Shown: positions 1-10,237 of the stretch, piece by piece
How the letters are laid out: the number at the start of each line of letters is the position of its first letter
How positions within the stretch are numbered: position 1 is the first letter of the stretch
Origin: an uncultured Methanomassiliicoccales archaeon
GTDB lineage: Archaea; Thermoplasmatota; Thermoplasmata; Methanomassiliicoccales; Methanomethylophilaceae
Assembly: GCA_949292635.1 (NCBI GenBank)
Contig: CASEZY010000001.1
Span: 222,434-286,433 of the forward strand
Direction of reading: 5' to 3'
Length of the DNA stretch: 64,000 bases
The notes under the pieces: generated by a model
Database searches by the model: none
What the model was told of the DNA's origin: nothing
The model's input: the letters and a program-made list of their open reading frames with translations, nothing else
Program-made: the position numbers and the translations under genes

Positions 1-1025
1 GCCTCCTTCAACAGCCTCTCCGCCAGCTCGTTGGAAGGGATGTCCAATTTGCAACGGGGGAACAGGTAGAACGCTCCCTCGGGGACGTTGCACTCCAGCT
101 GGGGGATCTCGGAGATCAGGTCAAGTGCCAGATCCCTGCGCTTCTTGAAGGTGGCGACCATCTTCTCCTTGTCCTCCTGGGGGCCGGTGATCGCTTCCAC
201 AGCGGCGGGCTGGGTGAAGGATACGCAGCAGGTGACGGAATGCGACTGAAGCTTGTTGATGGCGGCGATGTCCGCGGCGGGGGCGATGGCCCAACCCAGC
301 CTCCAGCCGGTCATGGCGTAGGTCTTCGAGAGACCGGAGACGGTGATGGTGCGGTCGAACATGCCGGGCATGGACGCCATGGAGACGTGCTTGCCGTCGT
401 AGATGACGTTCTCGTAGATCTCGTCGGAGAGGGCGTAGATGTCCTTGTCGACACAGATGTCCGCGATGCCCCTGATGGTGGACTCGGGCTGCACGCAACC
501 GGTGGGGTTGGAGGGGGAGTTGATCACGACCATCTTGGTCTTGGGGGTGACCGCGTCCGCCACTTTCTCGGGGTCGATGACGAAGCCGTCGTCGAAGGTG
601 GTGGTGATGTACTTGGGCACGGCACCGGTCATGCGGATGTGCGCCTCGTAAGAGACCCAGCTGGGGTCGGGGAGCAGCACCTCGTCCCCGGGATTCAGGT
701 AGGCAAGGGCGATCATGAACAGGGCCTGCTTGGTGGGCGTGATGATGACGTTGGACGCGTCGCAGGGGATGCCGTTCTTGGTGCGGGAATAATCGGCGAC
801 GGCCTTCCTCAGCTCGGGGATGCCGGTGGACGGCGTGTAGTGCGTGAACCCGGACTCCAGGGACTCAACGCAAGCTTCCGTGATGTTCGACGGGGTGGGG
901 AAGTCGGGCTCTCCCATGGAGAAGGAGACGATGTCCGCTCCCTCGGCCTTCATCTTAGCAACCAAGTTGGAGATCGCTACCGTTCCGGACGGGGGGATCT
1001 CCTGCAGCCTCTTAGACGTGATCAT
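1..1025 (-). CDS. Class I PLP-dependent aminotransferase (aspartate aminotransferase-like), C-terminus runs off window start
   Basis: Minus-strand ATG at 1023-1025; translation MITSKRLQEIPPSGTVAISNLVAKMKAEGADIVSFSMGEPDFPTP... continues in frame to position 1. Not in the ORF track because it is partial. The plus-strand ORF 240..1061 is low-complexity antisense. Confidence 0.8.
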   Translation of the reverse strand, partial: MITSKRLQEIPPSGTVAISNLVAKMKAEGADIVSFSMGEPDFPTPSNITEACVESLESGFTHYTPSTGIPELRKAVADYSRTKNGIPCDASNVIITPTKQALFMIALAYLNPGDEVLLPDPSWVSYEAHIRMTGAVPKYITTTFDDGFVIDPEKVADAVTPKTKMVVINSPSNPTGCVQPESTIRGIADICVDKDIYALSDEIYENVIYDGKHVSMASMPGMFDRTITVSGLSKTYAMTGWRLGWAIAPAADIAAINKLQSHSVTCCVSFTQPAAVEAITGPQEDKEKMVATFKKRRDLALDLISEIPQLECNVPEGAFYLFPRCKLDIPSNELAERLLKE

Positions 1026-1079
1026 GTAACCACCGGAACGGTCGTATGCGCGTGTGACTAAAAGCGTTTTGTACGACTC

Positions 1080-2153
1080 TCACGTCATCAGAGCGCTGAG
1101 GTTGCCGTCCTTGACCGCTTCCTGGATCTCCAACGCTATCCTTCCGCCGGTGCTGAGGCCGGGATAGATCAGGTCGGCGTAGGGCGAACCGGAGATGAAC
1201 GGGTTGGTACCGGCCACGATACGGGTGGAGATCTCGAAGACCTTGAACTCCAGCTTGTCGGTGACAACGGTCTCCAGGCAGAACGGTCCCCACATGCCGC
1301 CGAACAGCTCGTAGGAGCGGTTGACCACCCTCTCCGCCATGGCGAACGCCTTCGGTAGCAGGGATTCGCGGATGACCACGGGGGTGTTTCCGGTGACCAC
1401 GAAGGACGGGTTCACACCCAGTCTCCTGGCCTCCTCCATGGAGCCGAGCTTGTACATCTCATCGATGTTGGTCTCGTCCCTCCTGTCTATGGAGAGAAGT
1501 TCCAGCGTGCCTCCGCGAGAGACGGAGTAGCCGTCCTTCTTGAACGGCGAATAGAAGAAGTGCAGATAGTACCTGGTACCGAGGATGTACTCCTGGATGG
1601 TGTAAGGCTGGGTATTGTCCACGGACGCCTTGAAGTCGGGGTAGTCCTTGGCGATGAAGAAGCCCCTGCCGCCCTTGGCGCCGTGGTACTTCACCATCAC
1701 GGGCTCGTTGATCTCCCTGGCGTCGGTGAAGATGCGGGGCATGGACACCCCGGCGGAGGTGAGCCACTGCCTCTCCATGTCCCTGTCGGACTCCCACTGG
1801 AGGACGGAGCGGTTGCAGTATGTTGGGACCTCATAGTCCTCGAACCTGCTGGGCCCCATGTACTCCACGAAGGATCCGTGGGGGATGATGATGACGTTGC
1901 GGTCGTGAAGCTCTCCCACCCTGGACTCCATGTCGTCGAAGTCCTTGTAACGGATGATCTCGTCCGGCTTGGCCAGCGGGAACGCGTCGTAGTACTTGGT
2001 GTCGTGGGAGATCGTGATCCCAAGGGTCTTGAAACCGAGCTTCCTGGCACCGTGGAATATCTGGAGCGAGGAGTGCGAGCAGAGCGTCGCGATGGTTATG
2101 TCATTGAGGTCGTAACCTTCGAGAATGGAATCGATCCTCTTCTTGGGAACCAT
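1080..2153 (-). CDS. purP: 5-formaminoimidazole-4-carboxamide ribonucleotide (FAICAR) synthetase PurP, ATP-grasp
   Basis: ORF 1080..2219; likely start at MVPKKRIDSILEGYDL. Archaeal PurP-like sequence with ATP-grasp features (HGAKGGRGFF). TATA-like tttatatc about 25 nt upstream. Confidence 0.85.
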   Translation of the reverse strand: MVPKKRIDSILEGYDLNDITIATLCSHSSLQIFHGARKLGFKTLGITISHDTKYYDAFPLAKPDEIIRYKDFDDMESRVGELHDRNVIIIPHGSFVEYMGPSRFEDYEVPTYCNRSVLQWESDRDMERQWLTSAGVSMPRIFTDAREINEPVMVKYHGAKGGRGFFIAKDYPDFKASVDNTQPYTIQEYILGTRYYLHFFYSPFKKDGYSVSRGGTLELLSIDRRDETNIDEMYKLGSMEEARRLGVNPSFVVTGNTPVVIRESLLPKAFAMAERVVNRSYELFGGMWGPFCLETVVTDKLEFKVFEISTRIVAGTNPFISGSPYADLIYPGLSTGGRIALEIQEAVKDGNLSALMT

Positions 2154-2291
2154 ACACTCTGATTGGTTTTTGTGATATAAAGGTTGGGAACACGCGAATC
2201 TCCGCGTGTGCGCACGCACTCACGCGTCTTATATAGGTAGGCGGAGATGACCCTCTGTTCCGCGTCGTAGGATGCGGAAGGAGCTGATAGA

Positions 2292-3626
2292 ATGAACAGA
2301 GAAGAACTGACACCCCATGTGGAAGAACTGAAAAGGGTGCTTGGAGACAAGATCAGCGAAGAGGAGCTCCTCAAGGAACTGGACGCCTACCTTAACGTCT
2401 ACCATGTGGACATCATGTCCGCCAAGAGGGGCATCCTGAGGAAGCACGGCGACGTGGACCTGGACACAGGCTCCTTCGTCACCGGTGGCGCCGTCGTGAA
2501 GAAGATCGGCGAGCTCACCGGCAGCGAGATGAACGTGGACATCCTGGCGAAGGTGGTGTTCGCGGAGAAGAAGAACGTACAGATCAAAAACAGTGCCAGA
2601 ACCATAATATCCGGCATCCTTGGCGACGAAACCGGCACCGCATCCTTCACCGTGTGGAATGGCGAGGATATCGAGCTGGAGAAGGGCGCCGTCTACATGT
2701 TCAAGAACTGTTACACCAAGCTCTGGAACGACAAGGTCCAGATCAGCACAGGGAACAGGAGCACCATCAGCAGGGAGAACGTGGAGATCTCCACCCCCGA
2801 GAGGCAGATATCGTATTCGTCCTCGGTGGCCAAGGTCGCCGATCTGAAGGAAGGCATCGGCAACGTCACCATCACCGTGAAGATCGTCTCGGTGGAGTGC
2901 AGGAACATCATGGTGAAGGGAGAGCCCAGGGTGGTGTTCTCCGGCATCGCGGCGGACACCACCGGCAAGGTACAGTTCTCCGCATGGAAGGACTTCGAGC
3001 TCCAGGAAGGGGAGACCGTCTGCATAAAGAACGCGTACATCCGCGCCTGGAAGGGGATACCGCAGCTGAACTTCGGCGACAGGTCCGAAGTCAGCAGGGT
3101 GGACGACACCATCGGCGACATAGCCAGCGCCGTGGATTCCCGCAGGACCGTGGGTGAGATCGTACGTAACGGCGGAGGCATCGACATCACCGTCTCCGGC
3201 ACCGTGGTGGACGTCAGGGTCGGCAGCGGGCTGATCAAGAGGTGCCCTGTGTGCAACCGCTCCATCCTGGGGACGGAATGCATGAGCCACGGCACCGTGG
3301 AACCAGTCCAGGACATCAGACTCAAGGTGGTTATCGACGACGGCACCGGGGCACTGAGCGCCATCATCGGCAGGGAGCTCACCGAGAAGCTCACCGGAAT
3401 GACCCTGAAGATGGCGGTGGACCTGTCCAAGGCCAGAGGGGAGACCGAGGCGGTCACCAGGGCCATGGCCGACAGGGTGCTCATGCGCCGTGTCACCGTC
3501 ACCGGCAACGTCATGTCCGACGACTACGGACCGATGATGATCGTCAGCTCCGCGGATGACGACAAGATCGATGTGCCCGCCAGGGCGGCCGAACTCCTCA
3601 AGAAGGTAGAGGAGGCGATAATGTGA
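2292..3626 (+). CDS. rpa: Replication protein A (ssDNA-binding, multiple OB folds plus C4-type zinc finger)
   Basis: 444 aa with repeated OB-fold-like segments and CPVCNRS...C..H zinc-ribbon, typical of euryarchaeal RPA. Confidence 0.8.
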   Translation: MNREELTPHVEELKRVLGDKISEEELLKELDAYLNVYHVDIMSAKRGILRKHGDVDLDTGSFVTGGAVVKKIGELTGSEMNVDILAKVVFAEKKNVQIKNSARTIISGILGDETGTASFTVWNGEDIELEKGAVYMFKNCYTKLWNDKVQISTGNRSTISRENVEISTPERQISYSSSVAKVADLKEGIGNVTITVKIVSVECRNIMVKGEPRVVFSGIAADTTGKVQFSAWKDFELQEGETVCIKNAYIRAWKGIPQLNFGDRSEVSRVDDTIGDIASAVDSRRTVGEIVRNGGGIDITVSGTVVDVRVGSGLIKRCPVCNRSILGTECMSHGTVEPVQDIRLKVVIDDGTGALSAIIGRELTEKLTGMTLKMAVDLSKARGETEAVTRAMADRVLMRRVTVTGNVMSDDYGPMMIVSSADDDKIDVPARAAELLKKVEEAIM

Positions 3627-4531
3627 ACGCCAGGGAGACCGCATGGAGGATCTTCGCCGGGGAGCTGAACGCATCCTCGCTGGAGAAGAAGGGAGAGGAT
3701 GAGAAGTCCGTATCCTACGTGATCACCCCGCTGGGCACCATGGTCAACAGGGTGCTGGTCTGCGGCGTGCTGACCGAGAAAGAGAACATCGGCACGGACG
3801 ACGAGCCCATGTGGAAGGCCAGGGTGCAGGACGTCACCGGCTCCTACTTCCTCAACGTCGGAAGGTACCAGCCGGAGGCGGCGGCCGCCATGGCCAACCT
3901 GGACACCCCGTCCTTCGTGGCCGTGGTGGGTAAGGTGAGGACCTATTCCCCCGAAGAGGGAAGGGTCTACGTGTCCCTGCGTCCGGAGAAGATGATGTCC
4001 ATCGACGGCGACACCAGGAACATGTGGGTGCTGGATGCGGCCGAGAGCATGTGGGACCGTCTGCTGAAGCTGCGCAAGACCGTGAGCAACCCCGATGCGA
4101 ACGCCAACGCCCTGATAGGTATGGGTCTGACGGCACAGGAGGCCGAGGGCACCATACTGGCACATGAGCACTACGGCGATCCCGACTCCTCCCGCTACCT
4201 CTCGGTGCTGCAGTCGGCGCTGAGGATGCTGCTGCCCGACCGCACCATCGACCTGGGTCTTCCCGAGGAGGTCCCCGACGCCCCCGAAGAGATAGAGGTC
4301 GAGGGCGGCGACAACGACAGCGGGATGTCCGCGTTGGACAAGGAGGATGTGATCCTCAGACTGATCGAGGAGCTGGACGACATCCACAGCAAGGGCGCCC
4401 CCAGGGCGGAGATCGACCGCAGGGCGGCCATGGAGGGCATCTCCGAGGCGGAGGTGGAGGAGATATCCGATTCCCTCATGGACAAGGGTCTGATCTACGA
4501 ACCCAACCTGGGCTACCTCAGGAAGATTTGA
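3623..4531 (+). CDS. RPA-associated protein / RPA32-like subunit (OB fold plus acidic C-terminal winged-helix-like region)
   Basis: Overlaps the RPA stop (GTG start inside ATGTGA). OB-fold-like N-terminus and acidic C-terminal tail; sits where RPA-associated proteins sit in euryarchaea. Confidence 0.6.
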   Translation: MNARETAWRIFAGELNASSLEKKGEDEKSVSYVITPLGTMVNRVLVCGVLTEKENIGTDDEPMWKARVQDVTGSYFLNVGRYQPEAAAAMANLDTPSFVAVVGKVRTYSPEEGRVYVSLRPEKMMSIDGDTRNMWVLDAAESMWDRLLKLRKTVSNPDANANALIGMGLTAQEAEGTILAHEHYGDPDSSRYLSVLQSALRMLLPDRTIDLGLPEEVPDAPEEIEVEGGDNDSGMSALDKEDVILRLIEELDDIHSKGAPRAEIDRRAAMEGISEAEVEEISDSLMDKGLIYEPNLGYLRKI

Positions 4532-4575
4532 AAAAAACGATGACGGGGCCGGTCCGCCGGCCCCATCATTTTATT
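4531..4575. terminator. Bidirectional terminator hairpin between convergent genes
   Basis: Perfect stem ggggccgg-tccg-ccggcccc (4545-4564), flanked by A7 upstream and ttttatt downstream, giving oligo-T on both strands. Confidence 0.55.
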
Positions 4576-4580
4576 CTGTT

Positions 4581-5162
4581 TCAGCTGGCGAAGTAATCCC
4601 TGGACGTGTACACGCCGATGGTCACCAGCACGCCGATGATGACGCCGATGATCCCCTCGGTGAAGAACGCCAGGATGGAAGCGGCGGCAAGCAGTATCAC
4701 CGCGTAGGTGAAGTACGTGCGCTTGTAGCACAGATACACTGAAACGACGGCGGGGATGGCCACGGCGGCGGTGAGCCAGCCGGCTGTGGCGAGCTGGGAC
4801 ACGATCTGGTCGTGGGTTCCGCTGATGTTGTAGCCGAAGGTGGCCAACAGTTCCTGCAGGGTCATGCCCTGGTCGGCGGCGAACTGCTCCAGGATGTTCA
4901 CCATACTATCCGCGCTGAGCGCTATGCCGATACCTCCCAGGATGGCCACTACGCAGTACAGCACGGTCAGTATGAATGCGATGAGGAATACGCCGCCCAT
5001 GGACTGCTGCGACTTGTTGACATGGCCCCCGTATCCTCCGGCGGGAGAGGACCCCGGCATGGGTTCCGAATGGAGAGGCCTGCCGCAGCTGGGGCAGTAG
5101 GCGGAATCCTCCGTCAGCATCGCGCCGCAGGCGGGACAGAAGCCGTAGTTCTCGTCTGTCAT
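4581..5162 (-). CDS. Zinc-ribbon domain membrane protein (hypothetical)
   Basis: N-terminal CPACG...CPSCG zinc ribbon followed by about 4 hydrophobic helices. Confidence 0.6.
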   Translation of the reverse strand: MTDENYGFCPACGAMLTEDSAYCPSCGRPLHSEPMPGSSPAGGYGGHVNKSQQSMGGVFLIAFILTVLYCVVAILGGIGIALSADSMVNILEQFAADQGMTLQELLATFGYNISGTHDQIVSQLATAGWLTAAVAIPAVVSVYLCYKRTYFTYAVILLAAASILAFFTEGIIGVIIGVLVTIGVYTSRDYFAS

Positions 5163-5222
5163 GCCCGCTCAATCACGGTACAGATATATCATCTCGCGGT
5201 AAAGATGAATAAAGGGGAAGGC

Positions 5223-6008
5223 ATGGGAGATGAAGGGTTTCCCATGAGATTCATCTACTTCGTCGGGACCGCCGGGAGCGGGAAGAGCACGCTGGTGCAG
5301 GCTTACAAGGAATGGCTGGACTACAACGGTGTGGATTCCGTGATAGTCAATCTGGACCCCGGCGCGGATGCCCTGCCGTATGCGGCGGACATCGACATCC
5401 GGGAGTGGATCATCCTGGACGAGGTGATGCAGGAGTACAGCCTGGGACCCAACGGCGCACAGGTGGTCGCGTCCGACCTGATGGCCATGAACGTGAACAA
5501 GCTCACCGACGCCCTGCAGGACCTCAAGACCAAGTTCGTGCTGATCGACACGCCGGGACAGCTGGAACTCTTCGCCTTCAGGGAGTCATCCCTGAGGATC
5601 GTGGAGGCCTTGGGGAAGGACAAGTCCATGGTTGTGTACACCTCCGACCCCATGCTCTACCGCACATCCAACGGGTTCGTGTCCGGCAAGATGCTATCCA
5701 CCCTGGTACAGTTCCGTCTGGGTCTTCCCACGATAGACGTCCTGACCAAGACCGACCTGCTGGAGGATGAGGAGCGGGACAAACTGCTGGAATGGTTCGA
5801 GGATGCGGACAGCCTCTACGGCGACCTGCTCGATCGTGACACCGACCCTCAGACCGTGATAGGCATGGAGCTGTTCAAGACCCTGGAGGACATCGGCACC
5901 TTCGGCAGCATGAGGGCGGTGTCCGCAAAGGAGGGCTTCGGCATGGAGGAGATCTATGCCGCGGCCCAGATGACATTCTTCGGCGGCGAGGACCCGGATA
6001 TCAGCTGA
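5223..6008 (+). CDS. GPN-loop GTPase
   Basis: Walker A GTAGSGKST and the diagnostic SLGPNGA motif; start chosen at MGDEGFPMRFIYF within ORF 4812..6008. Confidence 0.85.
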   Translation: MGDEGFPMRFIYFVGTAGSGKSTLVQAYKEWLDYNGVDSVIVNLDPGADALPYAADIDIREWIILDEVMQEYSLGPNGAQVVASDLMAMNVNKLTDALQDLKTKFVLIDTPGQLELFAFRESSLRIVEALGKDKSMVVYTSDPMLYRTSNGFVSGKMLSTLVQFRLGLPTIDVLTKTDLLEDEERDKLLEWFEDADSLYGDLLDRDTDPQTVIGMELFKTLEDIGTFGSMRAVSAKEGFGMEEIYAAAQMTFFGGEDPDIS

Positions 6009-7220
6009 TCATCCGAACATCGCTGCCGGGACCTGCTTCACCTTGTTCCTGCCAGCCTCCAGGACCTTGGTCTTGGCGTGCAGGAAGTCGTCGTAGTTGA
6101 CGGTGTCGCGGTTGTCGCGGATCGCCAGCATTCCGGCCTCTGTGCAGATGGACTTGATCTCGGCGCCTGAGGCGCCGTCGGTGATGTCCGCCAGCCTCTT
6201 AGGGGAGATGTCGCCCTCCACGCTCATGTGGGATATGTGGATCCTGAAGATCTCCGCACGGGCATCCGTGTCGGGAAGACCCACATCGATGATCCTGTCA
6301 AACCTGCCCGGCCTGAGCAGGGCGTCGTCCAATATGTCGGGACGGTTGGTGGCGCCGATGATCTTCACGTCGCTCATGGGCGTGAATCCGTCAAGCTCGG
6401 CCAGGAGCTGCATGAGCGTCCTCTGGACCTCGCGGTCTCCGGAGGTTGTCACGTCCAGCCTCTTGGCGCCCACGGAATCCAGTTCGTCGATGAATATGAT
6501 GCTGGGGGCCTTCTCCTTCGCCAGGTCGAACAGCTCGCGAACGAGTCTGGCACCCTCTCCGATGTACTTCTGCACCAGCTCCGAGCCCACCATCCTGATG
6601 AAGGTAGCGTTGGTAGCATTGGCCACGGCCTTGGCCATGAGGGTCTTCCCGGTACCGGGGGGACCCACCAGGAGCACTCCCTTGGGGGGCTCGATGCCCA
6701 CCTTGGCGTAGAGTTCGGGTCTGAGCAGGGGATCCTCCACCGCCTCCCTGAGCTCGAGCATCTGGGTCTTCAGACCGCCGATGTCGTCGTAGGTGACGGT
6801 GGGCTTCTCCATGATCTCCGCGTCGGAGACCGCCGGATCGAAAGGCGTGGGGAGCACGCTCATCACCGCCAGGGTCTGCTTGTTCAACGCGACCCTGGAT
6901 CCTGCGATGAGGTCCTCGCGGGGACAGTACTCGGATACGGCGACAACGAAATCAGGACCGGTGGAGCTCTTCACCACCACCCTGTTGTCGGGGAGCACGT
7001 CGCGCAGGGTGGCCACTATGAGCGGAGGGGACTTGATGCGCTCCATCTCGTTCCTGAGCCTGGTGAGATCCTTCTGCAGCCTGTACAGCTCGCCGTCGGA
7101 ATAGCGCTTGTCGCTCTCCGCGGTCTGGAGGTCCTCCATGAGCCTGACGTTGCGCTCCTCCAGGTTCTGGATCCTCTCCCTGAGCTCTGCGATGGTCTCC
7201 TTATCTGCACTCCCGTCCAA
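6009..7220 (-). CDS. pan: Proteasome-activating nucleotidase (AAA+ ATPase)
   Basis: N-terminal coiled coil, AAA module GPPGTGKT...IIFIDELD, C-terminal hydrophobic-Y-x-like tail; archaeal PAN. Confidence 0.9.
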   Translation of the reverse strand: MDGSADKETIAELRERIQNLEERNVRLMEDLQTAESDKRYSDGELYRLQKDLTRLRNEMERIKSPPLIVATLRDVLPDNRVVVKSSTGPDFVVAVSEYCPREDLIAGSRVALNKQTLAVMSVLPTPFDPAVSDAEIMEKPTVTYDDIGGLKTQMLELREAVEDPLLRPELYAKVGIEPPKGVLLVGPPGTGKTLMAKAVANATNATFIRMVGSELVQKYIGEGARLVRELFDLAKEKAPSIIFIDELDSVGAKRLDVTTSGDREVQRTLMQLLAELDGFTPMSDVKIIGATNRPDILDDALLRPGRFDRIIDVGLPDTDARAEIFRIHISHMSVEGDISPKRLADITDGASGAEIKSICTEAGMLAIRDNRDTVNYDDFLHAKTKVLEAGRNKVKQVPAAMFG

Positions 7221-7422
7221 GGTATCGCCTCATACCTGCCATGCTCACCCTGTTCTTATTATTTTGTACGCCACCGCGCGTCGGGTGCATGTGACTGGCA
7301 CCTCGATGCGCCAGTACATGTGCCAGCACGGTATATCCATGTTTTTTTGTGTCTCCGGACGCGTCATCGTCCCACAGGGTTGGGTCATCAAGTATTAATC
7401 CGACAATGGATATCGCCGGGGC

Positions 7423-7914
7423 ATGATGTGCGAGATGTGCGGCAAGGAAGTGCCTGTGACCCGTCCTGTCTTCATCGAGAGGACCAAGCTCAACGTATGT
7501 CCTAACTGCGCAAAGTTCGGGGACGAGAACAGGGGAGCCTCCGGGCCCTCCCAGGGACCCAGCGCACAGATCATCGAGCAGAGGCTGGAGAGACGCAACC
7601 GCCGCATGCAGACCAAGGACGTCTATGCGGGCAGGGACAACGTCCAGCTCATCGAAGGCTACGGCGAGGCCATCAGGAAGGCCAGGTCCGCTAGGGGCAT
7701 GGATGCCGAGCAGTTCGCGGCCTCCATCAGCGAGAAGAAGGGTATCATCATGAAGGTGGAGTCCGAGGCCCTCACCCCCGACGACAGACTTGTCAAGAAG
7801 ATAGAGAAGGCCCTGGACATCACCCTGACCGAGACCGTGCAGGGCGGAGGGGCCATCGGAAGGGGCAACCCCAACGCCAAGATGACCCTGGCCGATTTCA
7901 TCAAGAAGGAATGA
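7423..7914 (+). CDS. mbf1: Archaeal multiprotein-bridging factor 1 (zinc ribbon plus XRE-type HTH)
   Basis: CEMCGK...CPNC zinc ribbon followed by HTH segment (RKARSARGMDAEQFAASI). Confidence 0.75.
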   Translation: MMCEMCGKEVPVTRPVFIERTKLNVCPNCAKFGDENRGASGPSQGPSAQIIEQRLERRNRRMQTKDVYAGRDNVQLIEGYGEAIRKARSARGMDAEQFAASISEKKGIIMKVESEALTPDDRLVKKIEKALDITLTETVQGGGAIGRGNPNAKMTLADFIKKE

Positions 7915-7915
7915 G

Positions 7916-8425
7916 TCAGCGGGAGACTATTGACTCCCTGACCTTCCCCGCCAGTTCGGTTATGTCGACGCCGGCATCCCTCAGGACGATGAGCGCTGCC
8001 GCCTCTATGTGTATACCCATGTCCCTGCAGATCTGATTGCTCTTGGATATCAGGTCCCTGCGCTTCATGCCGGCGGACTCCGCCGCCTCCATCAGCATCG
8101 GCATCACATCCACGTGCTCTCTCTGCTCCGCCGGGACCTCGGCGGGAGTCTCCGAGGGCTTGAGGGCCCTCTCGATGAGGTCCCTGGGGGGACGGTAGGC
8201 CACCGGGATGTCCAGCACCGGGAAGTCGGGGGCGGGACGATACACGCCGGAGGATTTCACCAGTACGCCGTCGCGGATCATGGCGGACAGCACCGCCTTG
8301 GCCTCGCTGTGGGACATCCACCTGAGGTCCATGGACATACCCATGAGTATGTCGTTCTCCGCGAACACGTCCTTCCCCTTGTTCCTCATGAAGGCCGCGG
8401 CGCACATGGCGAGTCCGTCATCCAT
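7916..8425 (-). CDS. Conserved archaeal hypothetical protein (possibly DUF2240-like)
   Basis: 169 aa ORF of native composition, with no recognisable catalytic motif. Confidence 0.45.
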   Translation of the reverse strand: MDDGLAMCAAAFMRNKGKDVFAENDILMGMSMDLRWMSHSEAKAVLSAMIRDGVLVKSSGVYRPAPDFPVLDIPVAYRPPRDLIERALKPSETPAEVPAEQREHVDVMPMLMEAAESAGMKRRDLISKSNQICRDMGIHIEAAALIVLRDAGVDITELAGKVRESIVSR

Positions 8426-8512
8426 GGGACCTCCAACGGCGCGGTATTAGATATCCGTTGCCCCATGTCCCCCTTATAGGCTATATTAAGAGGAAGTGGG
8501 TGAAAATCTCCA

Positions 8513-8526
8513 AAAGCTTTATATGA
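8513..8526 (+). promoter_or_regulatory. BRE/TATA-like element upstream of rpoK (aaagctttatatga)
   Basis: A-rich BRE-like aaaagc plus tttatata centred about 45 nt before the rpoK ATG at 8566; a similar aagctttattaa motif sits upstream of tRNA-Lys. Confidence 0.4.
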
Positions 8527-8565
8527 CCCACCCTAATACCCGTGTTACTCCACAGGGTGACAACC

Positions 8566-8736
8566 ATGAGTGACACTAGATTCGAGAAGGCCAGGATCGT
8601 CGGCGCCAGGGCGCTACAGATATCCCTCGGCGCACCCGTCCTCATCGACTATCCGGAGGACATGCTGGATCCTGTCGACGTCGCGATGATGGAGTATGAC
8701 GCGGGCTTGGTCCCCATCACTGTCAAAAGAGATTGA
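8566..8736 (+). CDS. rpoK: DNA-directed RNA polymerase subunit K (Rpb6/omega homolog)
   Basis: [26 protein letters not shown]... about 56 aa, classic RpoK. The ORF track starts at 8542, but the downstream ATG fits the promoter spacing. Confidence 0.8.
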   Translation: MSDTRFEKARIVGARALQISLGAPVLIDYPEDMLDPVDVAMMEYDAGLVPITVKRD

Positions 8737-8739
8737 GGT

Positions 8740-9357
8740 TTGGAAATGAGTGAAACTGAGAACACTGGACTTTTGATCGAGGAGGACGTCTACCTGACCT
8801 CCGGAGTTCACATCGGTACCCAGCAGAAGAGCGCCGACATGAAGGATTTCATCTACAAGGTCAGGCAGGACGGTCTGTACGTCCTCGATGTGAAGAAGAC
8901 CGACGAGAGGATCAGGGCCGCCGCGGCGTTCCTCGCCCGCTTCGACCCCAGGAGGATCCTCGTCGTCTCCGCCAGGCCCTACGGCCAGAGGCCCGCCAGG
9001 GAGTTCTCCAGGGCTATCGGCGCCCCCACCTCCGCGGGACGCTTCGTGCCCGGCACGCTCACCAACCCCAAGAACGCCGGCTTCATGGAGCCCGAGGTCC
9101 TGGTCTGCACTGACCCCGCAGCCGACAAGCAGGCCCTGAAGGAGGCCCTGGACATCCAGATCCCCATCGTCGCCATGTGCGACGCCAACAACGAGACCAG
9201 GAACGTGGACCTGGTCATCCCCACCAACAACAAGGGACGCCGCTCTCTCGCCTGCGTCTACTGGCTCCTCACCAGGGAGGTCCTGCTCGCCAGGGGCGAC
9301 CTGAAGGACCCCGCCGACTTCAAGGCAGAGATCGAGGACTTCGAGTCCAAGCTCTGA
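8740..9357 (+). CDS. rps2: 30S ribosomal protein S2
   Basis: Archaeal S2 sequence ([18 protein letters not shown]...[11 protein letters not shown]). Canonical rpoK-rps2 adjacency. Confidence 0.9.
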   Translation: MEMSETENTGLLIEEDVYLTSGVHIGTQQKSADMKDFIYKVRQDGLYVLDVKKTDERIRAAAAFLARFDPRRILVVSARPYGQRPAREFSRAIGAPTSAGRFVPGTLTNPKNAGFMEPEVLVCTDPAADKQALKEALDIQIPIVAMCDANNETRNVDLVIPTNNKGRRSLACVYWLLTREVLLARGDLKDPADFKAEIEDFESKL

Positions 9358-9394
9358 AACCCTTTTACCCCCTCAATCTCTTCTTTTCTTCATT

Positions 9395-10207
9395 ATGCGT
9401 CAACCGGCGGTCGCAGGCAGATTCTATCCCGCCGATGCGGGGGAGCTTCGCAGGACTATCGAGGCGTGCTTCGCCCACCCCCTCGGTCCGGGACATGTTC
9501 CCGAGAGGGGTTCGTCCAGGAGATTGAGGGCGGTGCTGGCGCCCCATGCGGGATACATGGCCTCGGGACCGATTGCCGCACACGCGTTCTCCGAGATACT
9601 GAAGGACGGTCTGCCGGAGGCGTACGTGATCATCGGTCCGGACCATTACGGGATACCTTACGACATGGCCATGTGCTCCGAACCGTACGTGACGCCGTTG
9701 GGGATATGCGACACCCATCGGGAGATATCCGAGAGATTGGCCAAGCTGATCCCCGACTCCCCGGCATCCCATCGTCTCGATCACTCCGTAGAGGTGGAGA
9801 TCCCGTTCCTGCAATACATAGACCCGGATCCGCATGTGGTGACGGTGATACTCTCCAGGCAGGACATCTCATCCGCCAGGTTCCTGGCCGACGCGGTAAG
9901 GGAGGCGACGGAGGGCATCGACACTTTGGTCATAGCGTCCAGCGACCTCTGCCATTACATCCCCGACGGCGAAGAGAAGAGGCTGGACTCAAAGTTCCTG
10001 GAATGCGTAAGGGACTGTGACGTGAACGGCATCTACCGCCGCATCCACGAGGACGGATTGAGCGTCTGCGGGTTCGGTCCCATCGCAGCTGCAATCATGG
10101 CCACCGGCAGTGAGCACGGAAGTATCCTGGCCCACAACAACTCGTGGGACACCCTGCATTACGACGAGAACGCGGTGGTCGGCTACGCCGCCGCATCCTT
10201 CGTCTGA
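9395..10207 (+). CDS. MEMO1-family protein (AmmeMemoRadiSam system protein B)
   Basis: AGRFYPAD start and HAGY/HS.E motifs; conserved in the archaeal cluster after rps2. Confidence 0.85.
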   Translation: MRQPAVAGRFYPADAGELRRTIEACFAHPLGPGHVPERGSSRRLRAVLAPHAGYMASGPIAAHAFSEILKDGLPEAYVIIGPDHYGIPYDMAMCSEPYVTPLGICDTHREISERLAKLIPDSPASHRLDHSVEVEIPFLQYIDPDPHVVTVILSRQDISSARFLADAVREATEGIDTLVIASSDLCHYIPDGEEKRLDSKFLECVRDCDVNGIYRRIHEDGLSVCGFGPIAAAIMATGSEHGSILAHNNSWDTLHYDENAVVGYAAASFV

Positions 10208-10237
10208 GGATTCACCCTTGCCATTCATATATGTATA

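Noticed and set aside
240-1061. 273-aa plus-strand ORF (GGDVRGGGDG...) and overlapping small ORFs
   Set aside because: Antisense to the aminotransferase gene whose translation (MITSKRLQEIPPSG...) is clearly real; Gly/Asp/Val-rich junk.
2229-3674. 481-aa minus-strand ORF overlapping the RPA gene
   Set aside because: His/Gly/Asp/Leu-rich nonsense antisense to a gene with clear OB-fold/zinc-finger features.
6228-7505. 425-aa plus-strand ORF over the PAN gene, and 45825..46979 plus ORF over infB
   Set aside because: Antisense to strongly supported AAA ATPase / GTPase genes; low-complexity composition.
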